A stretch of DNA of 64,000 nucleotides. Source: Antechinus flavipes (Eukaryota). The stretch spans positions 37,696,001-37,760,000 of the forward strand of contig NC_067401.1 of assembly GCF_016432865.1 (NCBI RefSeq), given 5' to 3'. The translations under genes were made by a program, and so were the position numbers. Of this stretch, positions 25,666 to 36,545 are shown piece after piece. Under the pieces are notes generated by a model. It saw only the letters and a program-made list of their open reading frames with translations, did no database searches and was not told the origin of the DNA. The number at the start of each line of letters is the position of its first letter. Position 1 is the first letter of the stretch.

Positions 25666-27941
25666 GGACATCTCAGGCTGATCTGATGGCACAACCTCCA
25701 GCTCTGTAGGAGGAAGAGTGTCTTTCCCAACTCCGGGCATGTGTCAGACAATTCCTGACATTCTCTAAATTCCCATACACTTATTTCTTTCTGTGCATAG
25801 ATCATTGAGTTGTCGAAAGATGTTAAAAGACATTTCACTTAATTGACTTATTTTAAAGATGAAGATACTGTGATTCTGAGAGGCAAATGACTTATACAAA
25901 GTCATAGAAGTGCTAAGTGAATTAGCAAGGGTTTAAACCATGGTTTCCCCCAAATTTAGTCCCCGTTCTTTTCATCAGACCATCATGCTAAAACATAACT
26001 GAGGAAACTGCTGGAGCAAGAGGGAATCCAGATGGTGATTTCAGTTGGATCAATTCTTAGAAAAGATTGGGAGCTCTCAGTTCAAATAACTATTTAGGAA
26101 AACACAATGAAATCTGGTCGTTGCATAAAAGCTCAAGTCACTTCAGTCACTGAGGCTTTGTCTTTTTCTAGACATTTCCACGTGGCCTTGTGCCCTACTG
26201 TCCTGTATAAGATGTAATAAAGGACAATAGAAAGAGCTCTTCAGTTGTAGTTATATCACCTAAATTCAAATCCTTGCTTGGCCTCTTATTATGTGTATAC
26301 AGCAAGTTGCTTCAACTTCCAGGCTTTGGATTCCTCTTCTCTATGAGGGGAAAAAAAAGAATATATGACCCTTGAGATCTTTAATATTTAAAGTTATAAT
26401 CTGATGTTTTTTCCTCTGGACGGTTTCTCTTTGTCTTTAACTTTCCCGAGGCTTATTTGGTTCCACTCATATACAAAATCGCCCCTCAACAAAAATCTTC
26501 AAACATGTTCCCCAATCTCTCACCCATGTTTAAGAAACTCCTCCAAATCCCACCCTTCTTTTTAAAAAGGGAAACTAAAAATTGGGAATACATGGCCACT
26601 CAACCATTCATTTATTCATCAACTGATGTATTCATTTACCAATTTCATTTATTCAGAATTTATTGATAATAAAATTCTCTGCTAAAAGCTTTTGATGAGA
26701 AAAAAAAAGATGAATGAGATGCACTCCCTATTCTCAGTAATATTACTCTAATAGTAGTTAAAAATTTGTCTTGCTCGTTAAGATTTGCTAAGTGTTTTAC
26801 ATTTATTATCTCATCTGATCATCAGTACATTCCTGGCAGTTGGGAGTATACTTTTTCTTATTATATAGCTGAGGAAACTGAGTTTGGGAGAGGCTAAGGG
26901 ACTTGTCCAGAGTCATACAGCCAAAAAGATTCTGGAGCCAGATTTCAACTTAGAATCTGTATTCTAATCAAGGGATAGCAAATTCACCATTGTAATTCTG
27001 TGTAATATAAGATAAATATCATGACTCCATGCTAAGAATGTCAGAGCAGTGAGAGATTATTTTTATCTGGGATCCCCAGGAGCATTTACATGTATAAGGT
27101 TCTGGTTGATGGAGACAGGAAGAGAAGGATTTGTACATTACTTTTAGAGTCATGTATTATCTGTTTTTGCCTGCCTCAGTATCATCTTTATGCCCTAGCT
27201 ACATCAACATCCTCTAAGCACTGTGATCATCTTTTTCCATCATTAACATGTTGCCTTCTATTTCATAGACAAATATTTCTGAATTTTTTTTTAGATTATT
27301 ACATGCCTATGACCCTGCCAGACCTCTGAATACCTTGGTATAGATAGAGCTTCCTCATCTCTCAACATGAAGTCATCCTCCAGATCAATGACATGTTCAT
27401 TCTCTAACTCTGTTTCTTTCTTTCTCTCCCTATCTCTGTCTGTATATCTGTCTCTGAGACAAAACCACATAAAAGGTCACATTTCCAATAAAAGATAAAC
27501 AGGACAGATAATATCCATCCTCTTTCCTCTACATTCTCCAAAGAATATCCCTCCACATAAAAGACAGTGGAAAAGGAAGCTTGGAATAAGAGGCACTGAT
27601 TCACTTTGGGACATACCAACATATTTCACTTGCATGTTTTGCCTCGAACTATTCACTGAATTTTCATCCATGTTGTGTATCGATGGTTCTCAAATAGGGG
27701 TTTTGAATAAAAAAAAATTATCTGACAGCCCCATGGACAAAGACTGAGCTGGTAATTTTCAGAAGGTTGGTTTGAGTAGGAGTACAGAGATTTTAAAGAA
27801 AACTGGTCCAGAAAAATCTAAATTTGCTATGCTAACCATAATAAAAAGATTTTTTTAAATTACAAAATTGTCTTCACCCCATCTAAAAAAATTTATAGTA
27901 TGATGCCTTGAAAAAGAGATTTTTTTTATTCACCACAAGTA

Positions 27942-28198
27942 NNNNNNNNNNNNNNNNNNNNNNNNNNNNNNNNNNNNNNNNNNNNNNNNNNNNNNNNNNN
28001 NNNNNNNNNNNNNNNNNNNNNNNNNNNNNNNNNNNNNNNNNNNNNNNNNNNNNNNNNNNNNNNNNNNNNNNNNNNNNNNNNNNNNNNNNNNNNNNNNNNN
28101 NNNNNNNNNNNNNNNNNNNNNNNNNNNNNNNNNNNNNNNNNNNNNNNNNNNNNNNNNNNNNNNNNNNNNNNNNNNNNNNNNNNNNNNNNNNNNNNNNN
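27942..28198. other. Assembly gap (257 N)
   Basis: Run of N. Confidence 1.
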
Positions 28199-29976
28199 GA
28201 TAAAAGCCTGGGGGACAAAGTCGAGGGATCTGTGTTAGTTCTGGCTCTGCTCTTTATTTCTTGTGAGGCTTTGTTTAAATCATTTTCATGCTCAGAATCT
28301 CCATATATTTTTCTATAAAATGAGGAGACTAGATTAGGTGACAACTCCCTTCTGGATACAAATCCATCCTACTTTGGTCTTATTATTTGAAGTGAGTTAC
28401 TCCTGAGGATATTTCTGTATAAAGATCCTGTCTTCCTGCTTTCTTAATTAATGATGATGATACTGATGAAGTTGATGATGGCAAAGTTCATGGTGATCAG
28501 ATGAGATAAAGTATGTCACTGGTTTTCATAAAGCACCAAGGTACTTTCTATGATGAAGAAGATAGCAATGACAATGATGGTAACAGGAAAGGATCTAGTC
28601 CTGTTTGTCACCCAGTCCCCACCTCATTTAGTCAACTATAATTGTAGACACTCAATATTAAGTCCATGACTTAGAACTAAAGGGAAGTCTTAAGCATCAC
28701 TGTAGTTTTCTTTCTCCATGATAGACTAGACCTGGGAGGAGGGTTCAATGATTCCATTAACAGATATTTAGTGCATTGTGTTGATTTGGAGGCAAGAGGA
28801 TGATCCAGGGTGTTTTCTCTTGTTCCTTGTGATGTCAGGAATGAGGAAGAAGTCCATTCAGTTCTTAATTGAGGATAGGAAAAAAAAGGTTCTTCACAAA
28901 GACTAGCAGATCCAGAATGGAAGAGCCTCGGGAGGAGGTATTGGGCTCTATCAATAGAAACACTTGTCAATAATAGGAGAATTTGAGAAAATCATGTAGG
29001 AAGAAGTAGAAATCTTCTGATTCTGTAGTCTGGGTAGCTAGGAAGAGTTGTTCACTTTAATTAACCCCTTTCCCCCCTTTATTAGAAGTAATGGAGTAGA
29101 CCCCTTAAAATGTACTCTAGGAGGGATAGTAGATAGAGCATTGAACTTGGAGTCAGGAAGACCTGATGTTTCATCCTATCTCATTCAATGTATAACTTTG
29201 GGTAAGCCACTGATTTTTCTCAACCTCAATGTTCTCATCTGTGAAATAAGGATAATGGCTCTTACCTCACAGAGTTATTGTAAAGATCATCTGAGATCAT
29301 GGAAGTAGAATGCTTTCAACCTTATCTCACTATAGAAATGCTAGGAAGATGATTATGTAAGATCAGAAAGGGCCAGCTTTCCCTTTCTGTGCAGGCCTCT
29401 GTGGTTGGGAGAAGGCTTTTCCTTCAACATGTCCATTGAGAAGAGAGCCAGCTGGTCAACCAACCCATCTTTCCTCAAACCTGTAAGTTCAGAGGAGACA
29501 CAAGAGTAAAAATCCTTTGGCTTTACCCCCAGAATTGTTCTCCAGCACACTTTCTGAATGATTTGTGTTCTTACTGCAGTATCTGACAGTCTCTGCCTCT
29601 TTCCTTGTCTGTTGGGGAGCTCTCTGTTTAGAAGATGGGATCTTTAGATTCCTTTATATTTTCTCTTTCTGGTCTCACTCTCCTCCTTCATCTATCTCCC
29701 CATCTTTCTACTCTTAGTCTTTCTGGTGAGTGTTGTTTCCTTAATCTTTTCTTGTACATTTTCTTTTGAACTGTTCACCCCTTTAGTTATGGGGATGTTC
29801 TTTTGCTGGTGGCTCAATTTCCTCAAAGAATCTTTGTTACTTATTTTAAATAGATTTAATTCAAAATTTTAAATTAAAGAAAAAATTTTCAAAGTACTAT
29901 CTTTCTCATTTACATAAAATCCTTGCATAAAAGAAAGTTGATCATTAATCATCCATTATAAAACCTGAATTAAATC

Positions 29977-30420
29977 AGAACCAAGAGAACACTGTACACA
30001 GTAACAAGATTATGTGATGATTAGCTGTGATGTTCTTGGCTTTTTTCAACAATAAGGTGATTCAAGGCAATTTCAATGGATTTATGATGGAAAGTGCCAT
30101 TCACATCCAGACAGTTTTTCACCTTTTTCGTTATTTGTTTGCTAATTTCCCCCAATTTATTGTGTTTTCCCCCCTTTGATCTGATTTTATTTGTGCAGCA
30201 TGACAAATGTGGAAATATGTTTGGAAGAACTGCACAAGTTTAGCCTGTATCAGATTGCTTGCTATCTTGGGGAGAGGAAGGGAATGGAGAGGGAGAAAAT
30301 TTTGGAACACAGAGTTTTATAAAGATACATGTTGAAAACTGTCTTTGTATTATTTGAAAAATTTAGATACTATTAAAATAAAAAATCAAAAATATTATAC
30401 TGAGAAAAAAATTGAATTTA
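29977..30420 (+). mobile_element. 5'-truncated L1 3' end
   Basis: agaaccaagagaacactgtacacag...tttgatctgattt...gttgaaaact then an A-rich tail; absent from the paralogous site near 39745. Ends approximate. Confidence 0.7.
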
Positions 30421-32409
30421 AATGTTTAAAAAGCCTAAAAAACAAAATCTGTGAGTTAAAGAATTAATGTGTCATTTAGTAAAGCAATCTCAGTGGTGTC
30501 ACATGTAGAAAAGGGATTTTGCCTGAGACAGTAAAAGGGGTGGCCTCTGGGAAAACTTCCAACACCTTCACTATGAAAGCAGCCATTTGTGGCCAGTATT
30601 GAGGCTGTGAGCATATGGCAAAGAACTAGGAAGATAGGAAGTCTCAGTGGCCAGGATTTGATAGCTACAATGAAGTTGACTCCACTTTCCACTGGAGTGT
30701 TTCCCTTTTACTGGAAAGGACTTTTTGCAATAGCTTTAAAGCATCATGGGATCATAGAATATTAGAGTTCAAAAGGACCCCATTGACAATTCTGGCACTT
30801 CATGCACTAAACAATCCCCAGCATTGACTAGCATGGCTAGTGATCTTACAATTCCATCTTTTAGGCTGGAATACTTTTGGATGAAAGATTATAATCTTAG
30901 GCAATTGCATTTATGCTGATTTTTGTCTTCCAGTTATCTGGGTTTAAATATGGATCCTGACATGATTTTGCTGTATTCCTGGGTAAGTCATCTTATCTCT
31001 CCAGGTTTCAATTTCCCAATCTGTCAAATGGGCATGGAAATATTTATTCTACATATTTTACAAAATTTTAGAAAGGAAATGATTTTGAAAAAGCTAAACC
31101 TCTATAGAAATGTGAGTGATTGTTAGTTGTTTTCCCATTAGACAGTGAGGTGGCACAATGAATGGAGCCCAGGATTTAGAATTTAAAAGTTTTGAGTTCA
31201 AATCCTGCCTCAGATACTTACTAGCATTTTCACCTTGGAAAGGTCATTTAAACTCTCTCAGTTGCAGTTTCCTCTTCTGTAAATTGAAGTTTATAACATC
31301 ACCTACCACATAGGGTTGATATGAGGATCAAATAAAATGACATATATAAAGTAATTTTCAAATCATAAAGTTTGTTTAAATTCTAGTTACTACTACTACA
31401 ATTATTTAAGATACTTATTACAGTGCCTGGTACAGAGGAGATGCTCGATAAAGGCCTACTGATTGGTTCTTACTCATAAAATTCAAATACATAAGGAAAA
31501 TAAAAAAATCATCAATCATTATGAAATATTAGTTTATCTTATGATAATCAAGTACATATGAATATTAAATTATAATTGTTACAATGTATTTGGATTGGAC
31601 ATTGAAAGTCCAGTTCTAATAAGTATGCACAGAAGACTTTAAAAAATAAGCATTTATTAACTATCTACTATATACCAGGAACTGTGCTGAGCACCTTACA
31701 GATGTGATAATATTTGACACTCACAACAGTTCTGGGAGGTAGATGCCATTATTATCCCCATTTTATCACTGAAGAAACACAAGCAGATATAAGTTAAGTG
31801 ACTTGCCTGGGTCATCTTTTCAGTTGGTTTTTCCACTTGGAAAAAAAGGAGCTTTTTGAGCAAATATTATACTATAAACTGACAAAGTTTACAAAGGAGA
31901 TAACCAGATAATTCATCCTTCTTTCCTGCCAACCTAGATTTAATTGTAAAGAGAAGGGATATTGAAAGTCTATGAGTGAGGGAAGAGGCTACTTTATCTG
32001 GGATACCAATATGTGACTTTTAAACATGCATATCTATTCTTATCTCTTTTCTTTACAATTGTTTTTTAGCCCAGATCCAAGATGAAGGAATATCATACTT
32101 GGCTATAATCTTATGAGTTTCAAAAGATTAGGAGAGCAAGCCACCAAGTTCTAGGAGACATAATGAATCGCAGATTTTGGTAGGCAGTCAAGCCCAGTCC
32201 TGCTTAATTCAGCTTGTTGGGGTATCCAAAAAAGCCATAAGCAATTCATTCATCAATTGTGCTACTCCACGAAGCGAATTTGGTGAAGGTGAATACTTTG
32301 TAGCAACTACTTTAAGATTGAATCCACTCTATTCAGCATCCCAAGTTTTACAGGGAAGAGTAGGGCTCCAGATGTCAGGATTGGGGAAAATATTTATACT
32401 TCTCTTCTT

Positions 32410-32655
32410 GCTGGTTCTTGTTTATTCATTTCAGTCTTGTATGACTCTTCTGAACACCAGGTTTGGGGATTTCTTGGCAAAGATATGAGTGGTTTGCTAT
32501 TTCCTTCTAAAACTTATTTTGTAGATGAGGAAATTGAGGCAAATAGTGTTATTGACTCGTCTAAGCCAGAAGTATCTGAGGCCAGATGTAAGCTCATAAA
32601 AATGAGTCTTCCTGACTCCAGTTCTGGCACACTATGTATTGTGTAACCTAGCTCC
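32410..32655 (-). mobile_element. MAR1-like SINE, with a paralogous copy at ~41805-42065
   Basis: ttcttggcaaagata..gagtggtttgctatttccttct..ttttgtagatgaggaaattgaggc occurs in the same flanking context in two units. Confidence 0.7.
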
Positions 32656-34051
32656 TTCTAACTCCATCTAGCTGCTGTATTTTCTCATTAAATCTTTTAG
32701 TAAAAGTTAATTGATGTTAATTTATTAAATAATACTGTGATAACAATCATTAAAAAGTATCAATGAAAAATGGGAGATAACAGTTAACTAGAAATTAATT
32801 TTGAAAAGCACACACTGAAATAGAATCCCTTAGAGGTTCCTCTAGAACACAAGAGGGGAGATGTAACTTTGCTCTACTGGACTTGACTTGTCAAGGTGAA
32901 AATTGGGATGAGGATTCTAGGCTCTTCAGTATGGGCTACCTAATAATAAAGAATGAATTTAAATTTTGGTATATTTTGTTTGACATTTTATAATATCCAA
33001 ATGAATTCATTCCCTATGCCCTATTTAATGAACTATCCCTTAAAACAAAGAATAAAAAAGACAAATTAGAAGAAACTTCACAAATTCAGCCGACAGGCCA
33101 ACTCAGTCTGATAATATATGTCCTATTCCACAGCCAAAGTCCTCCAAATTTACAAAGAGAAGAAGTGTATTTTCTCATTTCTTTGTTGCCAAATTCCATT
33201 CATTAATTAATAACCCTCCAACACAGTTTCTGCAACTGAAATGTAGCTTTGAGCTAGGATCCTGGGATAAGAATTGAGGGAGAAGGAAAAGGCCATTAGA
33301 GGTCCACAAAACACATTACTACCCCTAAAGGAAGTCAATTTGTGGAGTCAGAACACAGGACTTGGGTTTGGTCCTGGAGTCTGGAATTAGAGGAACTCCA
33401 TTAAGTGGAAGAGGGGACCTAGAAGGACCAGGTCAGACTTTGGAATCACTATAACTTTTCTGAGATTTTGAGATGGTAACCAATGAAAGAGGGACAATTC
33501 AGTGTCAGACAGAGAGCTTTTCTGAAAACTGAGAATGGGAGATAATACTGAATATGCCTGTGCTCTGGATCAAATAGCCAGCCAGGAAAAGTACAGAGAG
33601 GAAAAGCTAAGGAGGGGTAGATCATGGATATTTTAGACATTCTAACCTTGAATGATTTAATATTAAGTGCTGGATCCTCTGAATCCTTCTTCAGGACTCT
33701 GTCCCATGAGACTTTCTGCTTTAAGAAGATGCTTCTCCTACAAATTAACTGCTTTCTTTTTCACCTTGGCCTTTCCCCAAGAACTCAGAACCAGAAGCAC
33801 CTGTGCCTTAGCACAGTCCTTTCAGGTAAGACTAGTTGTCATAATTAAATACTTATTACATTGACACTCTATGGTCACTTGTGTCTGACTGAAGTGAACC
33901 TAACCCAGCCTCCCAATCCTAACACTAACTATTACTACATGGATGGTCCCTGAAAATATTAATCAAAGAAGTTAACAAGAAGGCATCACTGAAAGAAGTT
34001 ATAATGGGAAATAATAGATTGTAAGAGGCAGTTGCGACCAGAAAAATAAAC

Positions 34052-34057
34052 TTTATT
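34052..34057 (-). terminator. Polyadenylation signal of gene 5
   Basis: AATAAA on - (gcaacAATAAA). Confidence 0.8.
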
Positions 34058-34276
34058 GTTGCTTAGGATAAATGAGGAAGAGAAGGATGGTTTGCATTGG
34101 GGTGGAGATGGGGGTGGGGAATTGAGATAAAATGAAATGATAGACTTTGTCTCTATCACCTAAATATATATGTGAACAGTCCAAAACTATGGAGAGAAGC
34201 AGGAAGCTAAGAAATGAGGAGAAAAGGCAGTGGAAGCAACCAATTGACTCTTCAGCTCTTCTTGGGTCAGAACAAA

Positions 34277-34696
34277 TTAACAGCAGTCCCCAGAGCTCCC
34301 ACAGCAGCCTCCAGAGCTCCCACAGCAACCTCCAGAGCTTCCACAGCAGCCTCCAGACTGCTGGCTGCGCCCACTGCCACTGTCACAGCAGTCAGACCTC
34401 TGGTGTCTACGTCTGTGGGATCTCCTGTGATGGGAAAAGAGGCAGCAGCCACCCCCAGAGCCAGAGCTGCAACATCCCCCAGAGCTAGACCCACAGCATC
34501 CCCCAGAGCTGCAGCATCCTCCAGAGCTAGAGCCACAGCAGGAAGACACTGGAGGAGGGCACGGAGCCTGGGGAGGGCACTTGGGGGGACACTTAGGAGG
34601 ACACTTGGGTGGGCACTTTGGTGTCTGACACTTGGGTGGACATTTAGGGGGACACTTAGGTGCCTGGCACTGCTGCTGGCTTTGCTGGCAGGACAT
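34277..34696 (-). CDS. LCE: Late cornified envelope protein, gene 5 (139 aa, type B)
   Basis: Intact LCE ORF; acceptor AG at 34719-34718. Confidence 0.95.
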   Translation of the reverse strand: MSCQQSQQQCQAPKCPPKCPPKCQTPKCPPKCPPKCPPKCPPQAPCPPPVSSCCGSSSGGCCSSGGCCGSSSGGCCSSGSGGGCCLFSHHRRSHRRRHQRSDCCDSGSGRSQQSGGCCGSSGGCCGSSGGCCGSSGDCC

Positions 34697-35457
34697 CTTG
34701 GTGGGAGTTCAGTAAACCTGAAAGACAATAAAATGTTTTTTTTTTTTCAGATGGAATTGATCCATAAAAGCTTTCTCCACTGGAATTGATCACCAATTTG
34801 ATAGTGAATTTTGCCTAGAAGACTTCAACATCCAAAAAAAAACTTTACAAAATCATTTCTGTCTTAAAATGCATTTAGATTAAAATTTGGGTTGAGGGAA
34901 CATTCATTTTTCATCAGTTCAAGAGATTATCAACAGTTTCTCTCCTCTGTCTCTCCCTGTTTATCTCTTTCTCTTTGCCTCTCTGTGCCTGCAGACAGGC
35001 ATACTTATATACTTTCTGAAAATTTCAAAATCAGGAAAATTATATAGAATCTTAAAAGTTAAATAGTATTGTTAATGTCTCATGAAAGGGAGGGAATGAA
35101 TTCCCTCAACATCTTGATGAAACCTTTTGAATTCCAGTTCATTCAAGTTTCCAGAAACTTAAATCATTACTCTTCCTTCCTACCACCCTCACACAGATTC
35201 TAGACTCTTTTCTGGTTGTTTTCTGAGGGCATCCAACCTAGTTCTCTAGACAAAATCTAAAGTACAAGCATCTCTTCTTCATCAGCTCTTATATTTCTCA
35301 TTCACTTTAACTCTTTTCTCCTCTTCAGCCATTCTATCCATCTTCCTCCATCCCCAGATTTCCTCTCCTCTAATTCCTCTCTCCCTTTGCTCTTTTTCTT
35401 CCTTCTCCTTGAACACCCTGCTCCAATCCTCTCTGTGGATTCGGTGTAGATACTCAC

Positions 35458-35537
35458 CTTGATCCCCGACACGGACAGGAATTCTCTGCTGAAGAACCAG
35501 AGTGGATGAGGATCTAGAGGCAAGGACACCTTTTATA
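35458..35537 (-). promoter_or_regulatory. Gene 5 TATA box (35531-35537) and non-coding exon 1 (~35507 to 35458); intron 34718-35457
   Basis: TATAAAA on -, donor gatcaag|gtgagta. Confidence 0.85.
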
Positions 35538-35613
35538 GGGCAGCCTAGGATGATCTGTGGGCATAAGTCTCAACTCTCTAGAAGGAAGTGTGTCTTTCCC
35601 AATTCTTGACATG

Positions 35614-35632
35614 TGTCAGACAATTCCTGACA
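35614..35632. promoter_or_regulatory. Promoter inverted repeat TGTCAG-N7-CTGACA (also 25742-25760, 44984-45002, 62936-62954; variants near 17494 and 54430)
   Basis: Sequence seen directly at the same offset (~75-95 bp upstream of TATA) in the type B promoters. Function inferred. Confidence 0.5.
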
Positions 35633-35715
35633 TTCTCTAAACTCACAGACACTGACATGTGCTAGTACATGGATCATCGAGTTGTTGAGTGATATTGGGA
35701 GGCATCTCATGTAAT

Positions 35716-35722
35716 TGACTCA
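35716..35722. promoter_or_regulatory. AP-1 consensus TGACTCA (also 45086-45092, 54537-54543, 63028-63034)
   Basis: Perfect AP-1 heptamer 163-201 bp upstream of TATA in genes 5-8. AP-1 control of epidermal differentiation complex genes is established in general. Confidence 0.5.
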
Positions 35723-36474
35723 TTTTATACATAAAGATATTGAGGTTTTAAAAGTCAGATGTTTCATGTAAAGTGACAGAAATGGTAAATGAATTAGCCT
35801 TGGCTTAAATTATGTTCTCCCAATTGAAGTCAACTTCCTTTTCATTGGGACATGCTAAGGCATATCTGAGGCAGTTGTTGGGACAAAGGGGAATCTAGAT
35901 GGTTGCAGTTGGGCACATTCATTGTAAAGATTAGGATCTCTCAGATTAAATAGCAGATAAGGACAGAGCCTTGAAGTTTAGTCATTGGGTAAAAGCTCTG
36001 GCACCTTTGGTCACTGAGGATCTGTTCATTTTTAGACATTTCCATGTGACCTCATGCCATATTCTGTATGAGATGTATAAGGCAGTGGAAAATTCATCAA
36101 CTTCACTTGGAGTTACCATGACCAAATTTCAAATCTTTACTTAGCCACTTAATATCTATGTGATAGGGCAAATTATTTCAACTGCCAGGCTTTGGACCCC
36201 TCATCTTTAAAAGGAGAACATTGAAATATATGACCTTTGAGATCTTTCATCTTTATACCTATAATTCCTTGTTTCCTGGGATCATTTTACCTTACCCTTA
36301 ACTTCATCTAAACTTATTTCTATGGGATATTCATCTTTTAAGTCCACTTTTACACACAATCACTTTTTAAGAGTACCCTCAACATGCTCCCCTCCCAAGT
36401 CTAAGAAATAGTCTTCCCTAAATTCCCACAATCTTCTTTTAAGTGGACAACACAAAGCTTGGGAGTAAGTGGCA

Positions 36475-36545
36475 ATTCATCCATGCATCCATTCATTCAT
36501 TTATATAATCATTCATTCATTTATTCTTCCATCCATTCACTTAGT
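36475..36545. repeat. Degenerate (CCAT/TCAT)n tract with paralogs near 18365, 26600, 45960 and 56715
   Basis: Seen directly at the same unit position after gtaagtg(g/a)c. Confidence 0.7.

Noticed and set aside
34267-34728. Alternative-frame same-strand ORFs ([19 protein letters not shown]..., [13 protein letters not shown]...)
   Set aside because: Frame-shifted readings of the LCE repeat; their starts lie in the intron acceptor (ttgtctttcag) or are non-ATG.
35302-35529. Duplicated short ORF MSLPLDPHPLWFFSREFL (also 44717-44899)
   Set aside because: It reads through exon 1 and the donor into the intron of genes 5 and 6. Its recurrence reflects their recent duplication, lengths differ, and it is not kept in other copies.
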